Positions 41,210-54,339 of a stretch of 64,000 nt of DNA are shown piece after piece (position 1 is the stretch's first letter; the number at the start of each line of letters is the position of its first letter). The stretch lies in the NCBI GenBank assembly GCA_951406725.2, contig OX597819.1:109554001-109618000 (forward strand), read 5' to 3'. The translations under genes and the position numbers were made by a program. Below the pieces are notes generated by a model, which had not been told where the DNA came from, did no database searches, and saw only the letters and a list, made by a program, of their open reading frames with translations. The DNA comes from Octopus vulgaris (Eukaryota).

Positions 41210-42423
41210 AACACACACAGACACATACAAAAAGTGCTTGTGTGTGCAGAGATTACATTTATGACCTAAGGTCAAACAAAACGGAATAGATTAACATACT
41301 CCATGCTACAACTTAAGAATGAACACAATAAGTTAATATACTGTCGATCATAGCTTAGAGGTACACTCAGTTTATTAATGTATTTTTTACCTCAGCGCAG
41401 TGTACCAGTAGGCCCAGTGAGGTTACTGTACTGTACTTTACACAAAGTAAAGAGCAAATCAAATACGTTTACAATATATTGGCAATCTGTGTGCGCGTGC
41501 ATATATATATACACATATATTCATACATACATAAATACATACATGCACACATATATAATCATCAGTACCATCATCAATATTATCAACAGTATCAGTTTAC
41601 TTCCAAGTTTCTTTGATATCGGCTTCTCAAAACCGCCTGTTTAGTAAGATGAAATAAATTTTCTTTATATATACATGTAATATGGTACAGAGGAGAAATA
41701 GGAAGTTGGAGTAGTAAGCAAAAAGAAAGAAATTAATGGAAAGATGTGAAGGAAAGATTTTGTATAGGGTCAGAGAAGTAACAAAAAAAAAAACAAAAAA
41801 AAAAAAACAAAATAAAGAAACGGAGGGTAGAACAAGGGAGTCAGCCAGACTTTTCTATTGAATCGGGTGTTAAGGTGAATATCATAGATAGAAATAATTG
41901 ACAATAACGTCACTCGTTATAAAATTTGATCTTGCTTTTATATATAAAAAAATCATTGTTATAGGATAAGTATGCACAAATATATAGAAACGTTTCCAGA
42001 TCAACCATAGTTACTACAAGATCTAACGAAATGCGAAGAAAAACAGTAGCAACAGAATAAAAGTTAGTTCTAGTTGCATAGAAAACTTTGTTAATCTAAT
42101 ATCAAGAAGAGATAAAATAGCTACACACGCGCAGGCCCAACTCAACTGCACTATGATATTGCATCTGCACTAATGCAATATATTCTTCGCACAACGACAA
42201 GTGTTTCACAAAGACACAAATGTACGAAGTCAAAGTGTTAATGATAGAAATTATATAAAGATCAGAGAAAACGTGCAGGAACATTCAGCATGCTCAAAAT
42301 TCTATTTCATTCTTTCGATACATTTAGAGTCTGGTAGTGAAAGGAATTAACACGGCTTTAAGATGCTATTCTTCAGTTAAACTGCAGTTTCGTACGTTAA
42401 AGGATTCAAGAAGACATTGTTGA

Positions 42424-42840
42424 AAGCGGCGATCTGGCAGAAACGTTAGCACGCCGGGCGAAATGCTTAGCGGTATTTCGTCTGCCGCTCTACGTTCTGA
42501 GTTCAAATTCTGCCGAGGTCAACTTTGCCTTTCATCCTTTCGAGGTCGATTAAATAAGTACCAGTTACGCACTGGGGTCGATATAATCGACTTAATCCGT
42601 TTGTCTGTCCTTGTTTGTCCCCTCTGTGTTTAGCTCCTTGTGGGTAGTAAAGAAATAGGTATTTCGTCTGCCGTTACGTTCTGAGTTCAAATTCCGCTGA
42701 GGTCGACTTTGCCTTTCATCCTTTCGGGGTCGATTAAATAAGTACCAGTTACGCACTGGGGTCGATATAATCGACTTAATCCGTCCGTCTGTCCTTGTTT
42801 GTCCCCTCTATGTTTAGCTCCTTGTGGGCAATAAAGAAAT
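42424..42840 (+). mobile_element. SINE group B dimer with TSD
   Basis: TSD aagaagacattgttga at 42408-42423 and 42841-42856. Confidence 0.93.
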
Positions 42841-43401
42841 AAGAAGACATTGTTGAGCGATGCATATATCAGCATCCTCGTATAAGAGATAATCTCGAAA
42901 TGTCGACTAGAGAGCAAATCTCTCATTAAGAACACTTTAGAAGTATAAATGAAACAGAGTTACACTTGTTGTGTGAACTGGTCCTTGCCAAATCCCCATT
43001 ATTGGTATCAACATCTAATTATAAGAACCAATGTGAACGCTTTTACAAAGTTACTTAACCTGCTGGAAATAACAACCACATATCCATCAAATCATATCCT
43101 ACAGTTTAAAAAAAAAGTGATATATCGAGTAGTGTACTCCTAGACATACTGTTTGTATAAAGACGGGATGGTCACTGCTGGGACGATTTTATTATCGGTG
43201 TGCTCAGAGTGTTGAACTTGAGCTAAACAATTATTACACCTCAACAACAACAAAACAACAACAATAATAACAACAACAACAGCAGAAGCAACCATAATCA
43301 AGAACTGTAAAAGCATGAACTCGTTAACAGCTGGAACCACCGACCAGTCTTTTAATAGAGGAAAGAAACAAGTAAAGCGATAAAATGAAACATTAGCTTC
43401 A

Positions 43402-43471
<70 letters not shown>

Positions 43472-43561
43472 CACAAGCACACGCACTCACACTTACGCAT
43501 ATACATAAGCGAATTCATATTCAAATATATATGAACACACAAACACATGCACACATGTATG

Positions 43562-43649
<88 letters not shown>

Positions 43650-43653
43650 GTAT

Positions 43654-43687
<34 letters not shown>

Positions 43688-44813
43688 ATATACATATATA
43701 TATATCTGATATGCATATATATGTATATGGCTATACATACATATGTACAAACGTGGTGCGTGTGTATGTGTGTGTGTTTGTGTGTGTGTGTGTTTTGTAT
43801 GTGTGTGCGGGTGAGTGCGTGCGCGTGTGTATAAGGTAGACAGATCTGTTGCTTGCGGCGGTTAGTGTCTGCAATCATTTTGAAATTGGTTGCTAACTTG
43901 TCGTACAAGCTCCGTACTCACTTATTCGAGTGCAATATTTCGCTCTTGCTTTAACAATTCAATATTAACGATTCCATATTATATTATGATCCGTGTTCAT
44001 TCATTATTAACGACAGACAACCAGGAATTCACGGAATATATTGAAATGTTCTTTTGTGCACTTACAGTTTTTTTAATACTTAATATCCGTCCGTATTTAA
44101 TAATATCACCTCACACATTTCTTCTATTTTACTCGAGTATCAATCACACATAAGTACACACTGCGTATATTGACACGTATGTTGCAAATGCAAACGAAAA
44201 CACAAACAAGGGTTCACACATATATGCAATATACTCACATGCACATTTATATAGACTTATATCAATATAAACGTAAAAAAATACATCTAGAAAACAGATG
44301 AAACACGGAGCGTACACATAAATAAAAAAACATATCGTACATATATAATAACACTGTGACACGATTCTTGTCTTTGGGTAGCAACTGTTATTTTCTATTT
44401 GCTTACCTCTAGAGATTATGAAAAATGGTTAATATTTCCTTCAAACTTTGCTTTTGTTACGATATTTATTAAAACCCCAGAGAATCCTTCTCAACACATG
44501 GCTATAATGCTCTCCCTCTATTCCTACTCATGATCAGAGATGTACATATTGTCAGACATTAAGGGACATGTTCAAGTAATTAAAGTCAAGCAGATTATTT
44601 GCTATAACGATATTTCTGCTTCAGCAGCATTGATATCCAGGTCACAAATGCAAAGTTGGAAGGGAATAGTAGTCATTTCCTTTGATTTTGAAATAGAAGC
44701 AAATAAGAGATAACACTTACTGACCGAAGAAGAAAAAGGATGCAAATTCATATTGAAATATATATGAACACACAAACACATGCACACATGTATGTTTAAA
44801 TATATATATATAA

Positions 44814-44908
<95 letters not shown>

Positions 44909-45079
44909 CATGTATATATATATGTGATAGTATGTTGTTAACTTAATGCGACAGTCCCATTAAAGGGAAGAATGCTACTGTTATTTAGCCCTTGGAAACA
45001 CCGTTTCCTGTTGGACTTGACACATTTCTATCACTTTATCGTGCTGCTACTGCATAAATCTCTCTGTGAGATTTAGAAA

Positions 45080-45693
45080 TATATTTTTAATCTTCGGATT
45101 GTTTAAATATGCTAAGCCATTGGTTTTAATTGATTAATATCAATTTCTACCCTTATTATTTAATTTTAAATAAAAAAATGTTTTCTAACCGGTAAATTGG
45201 TTGCTGAAATTTATTAACTGCAGAGTAATTTCCGGCCTCAGCATGCCAAAGTGAAGACATTTGAAAAATACACCCAAATATGATTTGTAGAACTTTATAC
45301 ATACTCGATTTCGGTTGAGCGTTCTGTATAAAGTTCTGGAAATTGTGTTTTTATAAGCGAAAGACTACGCTGACGATCTTGCAGATACCTGCGTGTTTGC
45401 ATACGTAGATATTAACAAATGAAACCATTGGTACGCAGGTAATTGTTTTTGTTTTATTTCGTATATTTTCATTTGTCTTGCTCATTTTTAGATTTTGGCG
45501 TCTTGCTGAGATTTTTCTTGAGAACACATTGTTCGTGGTAATGGCGATTTGACGTCTATGTTTAGCATATTAGGTCTCCACTTTAGTGGTCATTCCTCTT
45601 AATTTTGTATGTAATACAATTTTTAATCTTCAGATTTTTCAAATATGCTAAGCCACTGGTTTTAATTGATTAATATCAATTTCTACCCTTCTT

Positions 45694-45700
<7 letters not shown>
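45080..45700. mobile_element. Element with about 80-bp terminal direct repeat and internal hairpins (partial tandem)
   Basis: tttttaatcttc.gatt.tt.aaatatgctaagcca.tggttttaattgattaatatcaatttctaccctt at about 45084-45153 and 45619-45690; same family as 15184-15430. Confidence 0.7.
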
Positions 45701-45725
<25 letters not shown>

Positions 45726-46003
45726 CCCCGTGACCGACCATCTATCAGATGCTAATACACATCGCTGGTCACAATGCGCTTCGCATTGTTTTAGCCTTCA
45801 AATGACACTACCCCGCTGGCTAAGCGAGAAGGCCAACAGAAGAAAGAGTGAGAGAAAGTTGTGGCGAAAGAGCACAGCAGGGATCGTCACCAACCCCTGC
45901 CGGAGCCTCGTGGACCTTTAGGCGTTTTCGCTCAATAAACACTCATAACGCCCGGTCTGGGAATCGAAACAGTCCGCTGCCCTAACCACTGGGCCATTGC
46001 GCC
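45726..46003 (-). mobile_element. SINE group C variant with a different tail
   Basis: Reverse complement of the 16576/28891 head and body; distinct 3' part. Confidence 0.85.
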
Positions 46004-46010
46004 ACACACA

Positions 46011-46059
<49 letters not shown>

Positions 46060-46062
<3 letters not shown>

Positions 46063-46190
46063 CGACGGGCTTCTTTCAGTTTTATTCTACCAAATCCACT
46101 CACAAGACACTTGACTAAGATACTGGGCATTCAGACCGAGACCGAAACCACATGGTTGCAAAGCAAGCTTCTTAGCCACACAACCATGCT
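46060..46190 (-). mobile_element. SINE group A 5' part, internally deleted
   Basis: cgacgggcttctttcagtt..accaaatccactcacaag..aaccacatggttg. Confidence 0.75.
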
Positions 46191-46620
46191 GCACTTAGAC
46201 GTTAGCTCATTAATTTTTTTTAACCAATTAGTAAATGTGAATAAGACAAACTCTTTTTCTCTTCGATCGGTTCCAGCCATTACTAATGTTTTTCAAATAA
46301 ATCGTTACAAAATGAAGGAAATTATTGGTGATACCAGACAGCTTCAGTATAAAGTTACATTATTTTGTTTCTTCAAAACTAAATACGCTAAGACTTCGAT
46401 TACACTTCCTGTTAAGTACCGTTTTAGCACGACGCATAGAAAGCTTTTATTTATTTTCGAAGCAAATGGAATCAAAGAAAAATGAGCAAACTGGTTTTTA
46501 TAGTAGAACAGCTCTTAGAACAATCACAAAATTGACTACCGTCTGTTCTGTTTGTTGCATTTTTTTAATCATTCTTTAGTATTTTTGCGTATTAGAACAA
46601 TTATGACTTTCTAGTTGAAA

Positions 46621-46937
46621 ATATTCTCTTCTACAATTTTGCTTCGTCTTTTTTTTTTGCTATTTTTTCATTCTGCCTTTTTGTGTGTGGGAGAAAGCGG
46701 GCATAATTTTTATTATTAATCATTCTTCATGTATTCTTTTTATATATATATATATGATATTAATATATATCTATACGATATTATGTAGGTATGTATGCAT
46801 GTATAATGCAATTGTATAAGTAAAAAGAATACATGAAGAATGATTAATAATAAAAATTATGCCCGCTTTCTCCCACACCCACAAAAAAAGGCAGAATGAA
46901 AAAATACCAAAAAAAGACGAAGCAAAATTGTAGAAGA

Positions 46938-46943
<6 letters not shown>
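46621..46943. repeat. Long inverted repeat, arms about 120 bp
   Basis: 46621-46742 is a near-perfect reverse complement of 46821-46943. Confidence 0.92.
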
Positions 46944-46970
<27 letters not shown>

Positions 46971-47555
46971 ATGAAACAAATTCTCTGAACACTTAAAATA
47001 ATTAAAAGTAAAAATAACCAAAATCACTTAAGTGAATACTGACAGGTGCAAAATTATTCTCAACAACAACAGAACCAATAGTAAAAAAATGTGGGCGATC
47101 TAACTGTGGAACTTGTCCCAACCTACTGGAAGGTTAGAAATCTGTTTTAAACAAGGATAAAAATTCGAAATTTAGAATTTATCTGTGCATCCCTAAAGCT
47201 AATCTTCGCATATATATATTGAGAAAGCAATAATGTCTTTCAGACGAAGAACAATACTGCATAGAGAACAAATTAATTCCTAAAAATATAGACAAATACC
47301 ACTAAGGAAAGAGAGACGTGCGTGGAATCCCCAACCAAACTTCAATTTTTTTTCTTATATATAAATGCAATGAAATAATCTCTGTACAACAATGGTTAAA
47401 TAAAGTGACTACATTTATTGAAAAATATTAAGCGCGCTTTAATATGAACATATGGACAATGTAAATCTTTTAGTTCATAAATACATATCTTTTTAATTTG
47501 CATAAAATCAATAGATATTACCTTCTCTGTTTCTAATAATAACAATCACTGATTA

Positions 47556-47787
47556 TTTCATTTTGGGATTTGGTTTGCAAGATTCTTTATGTGAGTTTGT
47601 GCGTTGAAGCATATTCTGTTGTGTCTGGGGAGAGTCATTTTCATTTTGTGCCTTATAATTTAACACACTCACCGGTAAAATTTCCACTTATTTCCCTAAA
47701 ATTTTCAATAGTTTTGACTCTCTTTTACCGGTGAGTGTGTTAAATTATAAGGCACAAAAAGAAAATGACTCTCCCCAGACACAACAT
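47556..47787. mobile_element. Fold-back insert with 12-bp TSD
   Basis: 64-bp arms 47617-47680 / 47723-47786; TSD aatcactgatta at 47544-47555 and 47788-47799. Confidence 0.9.
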
Positions 47788-48076
47788 AATCACTGATTAC
47801 CTCCCCTAAAATTTATTTAATCTTCTGATTCATTTACAGAAATATCTACTCTCCTAATTATAGACAATGAAAACTTATGATAGCGCGAAATTATTACAGT
47901 ATCACTAACTATGTTTAGCATAAACCAGTCGACTATGTAATTGCTATTTTATAAGTATATATATATATTTTCCAACAAAATTACTGTGCATTTTCCTCTT
48001 CTTTATATTTTTTACTACAATTCACCTCGTGTAATTTTTTATCGAACTTTTTCACAATGCGTGTGTGTGTGTATAA

Positions 48077-48138
<62 letters not shown>

Positions 48139-48139
48139 G

Positions 48140-48166
<27 letters not shown>

Positions 48167-48170
<4 letters not shown>

Positions 48171-48218
48171 CAAAAATAAATATAAGAGAGTGCACTCTCT
48201 TATATTTATTTTTGTATA
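48167..48218. repeat. Perfect 52-bp palindrome, no spacer
   Basis: tatacaaaaataaatataagagagtg|cactctcttatatttatttttgtata. Confidence 0.95.
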
Positions 48219-48320
48219 AAATATTATAATAATCCAGGTTTCTCGGGGCACTGGGCCACTTGGTGTTGAATAGGTATACTATTAAATTAGTATCTAATTC
48301 TCTCACCCTTATTAATTAAT

Positions 48321-48360
<40 letters not shown>

Positions 48361-49217
48361 TACTCACACATATATACACACATACACCGGCATCTGTAGT
48401 ACATTACAGCGATAAAAGGAATACTAATATACGAGTAATTTAATGTATCAATAAATGATGCTGCAGCAGTAGCATCATCATCGTCATCATCATCATCATC
48501 AGTAGCAGCAGCAGCAGCACTCCACCCCCACCACCATCATCATCGGGTCGAGCTTGCTGACATTTTCTAAATATTTTTCGGTAGTTGAATGACATCAATG
48601 ATCGTCAGTTCTGTTGATGTAAGAAAGGTTCACCATCAGAAGAATGTGACCTTGTTCAGTGTCATCGATCCCATTCCTGGTTGAATGTAATCGATCTTCC
48701 AGCACGTCTTGAGATTCACCGTCAGTTCATTCGACATGCTGCTTTTCAAAGCTTTATGATGGTGATTCTCATTTACTCTAAACCCTCACTTTAGATCTAC
48801 ATGGCTTGATTATTCTTACCAGGAATAAAAAATCCCACGAATATAGATTTTTGGCTCTTGCAGATATGTAGAAAGACTACCACGGATCCTAATGGGTAAC
48901 AGACCGGCTTTCTAAAACCGGGATTGAATGTTCACTTCCTGTTGGGAATACATTCTTTTTATTTTAATCCGACCCGATGAAAATAAGAATATAAATCGAT
49001 GGTATAATCTTGGTTGAAATATTTACACATCTATGTATTTTCTTAATAGCAATATAGACGAACTATTTTCGCTCGTGCATCAGTCTAACAGAGATTCTCG
49101 TATAATCGAAGTAACCCCGTACGCATAATGGACTCTTCCAGCATCCCATATGTATATACGTTTTTGTTCCTGGTGTATTATTGTTGCGCTTTCGATCCTT
49201 TAATTACTATGTTATCG

Positions 49218-49321
<104 letters not shown>

Positions 49322-49719
49322 TTCTTATCTTTTCTTCGTTTCAGTCATACGGCTACGGTTATGATGGAGCACTACTATGATTTTGTGTCTTTTCCATATC
49401 GTTGCTGTTATGCAAAAGTGTCGTTAAGTCCAAAACTTTGCTTTTTTATAGTTTCACTATTCCATAGCAAAACCGTTCTACTACACTTTGACAATTTTTG
49501 ATATTTTGGCATCTGAAGCAGCTGGAGATACGATAGTTTGACCAAAAGAACCGGCTATTGCAAGCAAAAATAAATATTGAAAAAAAAGAAAAGAAAAAAT
49601 AACGCATTTGGCCTAATTTGAACATACGACAGTTTAACATAATAGCAACGAATTTTTGTTGATTGGCTGATTTCTCCAGGGTTGTCGGATTTCATATCAC
49701 TACAACTGCATGTGCTTTC

Positions 49720-50525
49720 CCCACTGGTTGTTGGCCCATTTGATGTCACTGAAGGAGTGTCACTGCTACCTTCAGTGACATCCAAATTATGTAGGAGTCT
49801 TAATTTTTTTGGCGGAACATTAAAAAGCTGTGGGCCTTTCAACTCTAAACTATTGTAGTGCCTGGTCCTCACAGTAGACGAGTGGATGGTACCTTTGGTA
49901 CAACTCAATGACGTCCAGTTCGAGCATTTGTATCATACTCAATGCCGAAAGTAGGCACTAGTTTTTCCTGAATTTTCCATATGCAGATTATTAGTTATCT
50001 GATGCGTCTTTGCTCCAAAGGGTAAAGTAGTAGTTTTCTCATTCTCTACCTGTAGTTAATCTGATGCATACTTACTGTCTCATTAGTGTGGTAACGTTCG
50101 GTCGCTTCCTTCTCTGTAGTTAATCTGACACTATCTGGTGACCACATCTAAGAGCAGTAGTCCAGGTGGCTGAGTACAAAGAGCTTTCAAAGGGTCAACA
50201 TGACTTCTTGGTCGCTTGTCCATAGGACTTTAATATCAGTACTGCCAATTGTCCACACTTTGTTGCCATCTTAGTAATGAGAATATGAAATGATGCATCA
50301 TTACACATACTGATCCCCAAATCTCTTACTGTCTGTACCTTTGGGATTGCAGTGCGTTTGGGTCCTGTATATGCAGGGTGTGGTACAGTACTTAAAATTT
50401 TCCAATATTAAACTGCATGTTGCTTTTTTTCAGCCCCCGTTTATATTGCATTCAGGTTTTACTGTAAGCTTGCGACATGACCGGGGTTCTTTATTGCATG
50501 TGATAACTTTGTATCATCGGCGTAG
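49720..50525 (-). mobile_element. CR1-like LINE RT C-terminal fragment
   Basis: Minus-strand remnants NMQFNIGKF, VRDLGI, FVLSHLDYCS, RTRHYNSLELKGPQLFNVPPKKLR. Confidence 0.85.
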
Positions 50526-50554
50526 CTAGTAACAATGACTGTCTGAGCGACCAA

Positions 50555-50624
<70 letters not shown>

Positions 50625-50968
50625 TGTATGTATGTATGTATGTATGTATGTACACACACACTTGTATATGAACAGGGGCACGCACGTAGACGCACACACA
50701 TACACACACACGTACATACACACACAAACAAACACACAACGAAATTCAAATGTCAGCCATGTTGCACATTGTATCACACTCATTCTAGACGAAAATTGTG
50801 TGAAGGTCTCATCTGTCTCTTGAATACTCAGCTGTGTAAATTTAATGACCAGGTAATTTATTTAATCGAGAAAGTGCATCCTTACCGTCGAAATCGACGG
50901 AGAACCATCCATATATAAATAGGTGTGTGCGTGTGTATGTGTGTATATATCTATATGTCTATACATTT

Positions 50969-51070
<102 letters not shown>

Positions 51071-51086
51071 GTATTCATGTGTGTGC

Positions 51087-51136
<50 letters not shown>

Positions 51137-51140
<4 letters not shown>

Positions 51141-51345
51141 TTTTATACTTTTACTTGTTTCAGTCATTTGACTGCGTTCATGCTAGAGCATCGCCTTGAA
51201 GTGTTTTTGTCAAACAGTTCGACACCAGGACTTATTTACTCTATCGGTCTCTTTGTCGAACCGCCAAGTTACGGGGATGTAAGTACACAAACACCGGTTG
51301 TCAAGCAATGATGGCCGAGGAGGTGGCAAACAGAGACACATATAC
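51137..51345 (-). mobile_element. SINE group A 3' half
   Basis: ttttacttgtttcagtcatttgactgcg..ctatcggtctctttg.cgaaccgc. Confidence 0.85.
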
Positions 51346-52022
51346 TCACATAGATACACCCCCCACACATATAATGTCAGTTGGGTGTGAAGTTGGGGTA
51401 ATTCCAGAGAAGCGCTCAACCCGAATACTGGGCTATCAGCACTGTCAGGATCCAAGCCAATGCTGGAATACTTCTGGTGTAGAAAATCCAAGTTTCACGA
51501 CGATTATACCGTAAAATGCGTTTGGCCAAGAGTAAATAATCCAATGAAAAGAAGACAAAAAAAATTCTTTAACACATCTTTATAAGTTACAAATGTTTGT
51601 GTACCATCTTTATTTGTAACGCTAGCTTACGCGAAAATTTTAATGGAAAAAATTACGTAATTTTTGCGGTTTTAGGCATCGGAGAGGCACTTCCTCAGAC
51701 TAGCATCAAAGGCATGCTATTACAATGTGCGTCTTTCAGACCTTGTTGCTAGAGAAATATCGGGAGGAAATAAAAGAGAAAAAAGTCAAAAGTGTGTATG
51801 CGGGATGAGTATGTGGAGAAGATATTATGTAGCGGGGGCGGGGGAAAATCAAGAGGGTGGATACATATAATGATAGGGGGTAGAAAAGGATGGAGGGGAG
51901 GAAAGCGAATAGACGACGAAAGTGAAGTAGGAGGAGGGAGAGGAGTAAGGCGAAGAATCGGAAGAAAGAGAAGGAAAGGAAGAAGATGAAGGAGGAGGAG
52001 GAGGAGGAGAAGAAGAAGAAGA

Positions 52023-52053
<31 letters not shown>

Positions 52054-52402
52054 TGGAAGAGGAGGAAGAAGAAAATGGAAGAGGGAGAAGTGGGCAGTGC
52101 TGCTTATAGCAAAACAGTTTATCTAGTCGTATGCTGGCGGTGTGTATAGGCAGTATAAACAGAACATTGCTACCCAAATTCTTCCGATGGAAGACGATGT
52201 ATTTCACCATACAGTGACATTAGTCTGTTTATATGTGTATGTGTGAGTGAAATTTGTGTTTATTAATGTTGTAGGAAGAATTCAGCAGTATGGTAAAAGG
52301 AGTGGTAGTTTTGTGTAGTTGTGTCTTTTCACATATGCGTAGAGAAATGGTCATTAGAAAGGTGTTTGACTGGCAATTAGAAGTATGTATGTTGTGTGCG
52401 CG

Positions 52403-52548
52403 TGACGGGCTCCTTTCAGATTCCGTCTATCAAATCCACTCACAAGGCTTTGGTCGGCCTGAGGTTATGATAGAAGACACTTTTCCAAGGTGCCACGCAG
52501 TGGGACTGAACCGGTAGCGACGTGGTTAAGGGTCAAGCTTCTTACCAC
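52403..52548 (-). mobile_element. SINE group A 5' half
   Basis: aaatccactcacaaggctttggtcgg..ccaaggtgccacgcagtgggactgaacc. Confidence 0.85.
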
Positions 52549-52564
52549 GTCAATTACACCGACG

Positions 52565-52835
52565 AGTATTCTAGCTGGTTCGATCAACGGAACAGCTTAC
52601 TCGTGAAATTAACGTGCAAGTGGCTGAGCACGCCACAGGTATGCGTATTCTCAGGAAGATTCAGAACGTGACAGGACTGGCCCTTTGAAATACAAGTACA
52701 ACTCATTATTGCCAGGTGAGTGGACTGGAGCAAAGTGAAACAAAATGTCTTGCTCAAGGACACAACGCGCCGCCGGGAATCGAAGGCATCTTCCGATCGT
52801 GTGCTGAATATCTTAACAACTAAGCCATGCGGCTT
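52565..52835 (-). mobile_element. SINE group C variant with another tail
   Basis: gagtggactggagcaa..tcttgctcaaggacacaacgcg..actaagccatgcg; tail resembles the older sequence at 7810-7885 / 8290-8380. Confidence 0.8.
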
Positions 52836-52840
52836 TATTA

Positions 52841-52914
<74 letters not shown>

Positions 52915-54249
52915 CACACACACACACACGCACGCACTCACATACTCACGCACGCACACACACATGCACGCATACAAGCAAACACAAACACACACACGCG
53001 TACACACAAACACACAGTAACACATACACACACACACAAGCAGACACACACACACACACAAACACACACACAAACACACGCACATACACACAGACACACT
53101 CACAGACACACAAAGACACACACAAACACACACACACACATATATGTACGTGTATGCACGTTCTTTGTTGAATGACCAGTCTTCTTTGAGTTTTGCTGAA
53201 GTGTCATAAACACGTACCTACGCTCGCTTATATGTAAGTATACATACACATACACACACACACGCACACGCACACACACAACCACACAGGCATACACACA
53301 CATACACATAAAGAAGAAGGTGACACTACACACACACACACACAAAAAAAAGGAATAGATTCTAAAATAACAAAGAAACTGACAATAATCAGTCGATGAA
53401 TATTCCATGGAGAATCACTGTCTCTTTTTTTCCTCCTCTCTCAACTTCTCCTTCTCTCAATGTTTCTTTCGTTTCATAATACTCTCCTTTTCTCTTTATA
53501 TTTCCCAGTCTATTTCAATAACTCTCTTTCTCATTGCTCTCTCTCTCTCTCTCTCTCTCTCACTGAGCTTCTCTCTCTCTCACAATCTCTTTATCTCTTT
53601 CTCTATTCATGTCTCAATTTCTCTTCTAGCTTGTACTATTATCATTGGCCATTGATAAAACATATTGCTACGATGGCAGTGGTGTGGTGGTCGTGATGAT
53701 TGCGGTATATGTATTATTTGTTATATTCAACAGACTCACTTCATTCCCTTTGTACGTTCCGGTCGCTTTATATTCAATCCCTCGAGGCCAGAAGTGGTTT
53801 ATAGTAAGTCTTCGCGGAAACCTGTCTCTTACAACATACAGCTGAAGATGGGAATAGTGACAGAAACATCTTTATATTGATATGTTCGCGATCGATTCTT
53901 TCTCTTTATTCATTTCACATTGACATTAATCATAGTCCCAGCTAATTTCAAATTAGTTGTAGAGCACTCTCTGTGAACAAAGGTATCAATTACATGAATT
54001 ACGATATACCGTGAGAAGTTTTATGTGTTGTCTAGTTACCATATAGACTCATAGGCATATATCTATATTCAAGTATGTATGTATGTATGTATGCACATAT
54101 GTATGTAGGTATGTATGTATATATGTATGTATGTATGTATGTTTGTATGTATGTATATATGTATGTATGCATATATGTATATATACGCGCATATTCTCTA
54201 TCATATGTGTGTGTAGGCTCATGTGGGTGTGCGTATATGTATAGATATG

Positions 54250-54311
<62 letters not shown>

Positions 54312-54339
54312 TGTGTGTGTGTGAAAATATACACACATA

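Noticed and set aside
48600-49150. Possible Tc1/mariner C-terminal remnant on minus (NLYSWDFYSW)
   Set aside because: A single weak motif and no TIRs found.
53835-53878. CUGAAGA..GAAAC hammerhead-like string
   Set aside because: Stem II is only 2 bp and stems I and III do not fit together.
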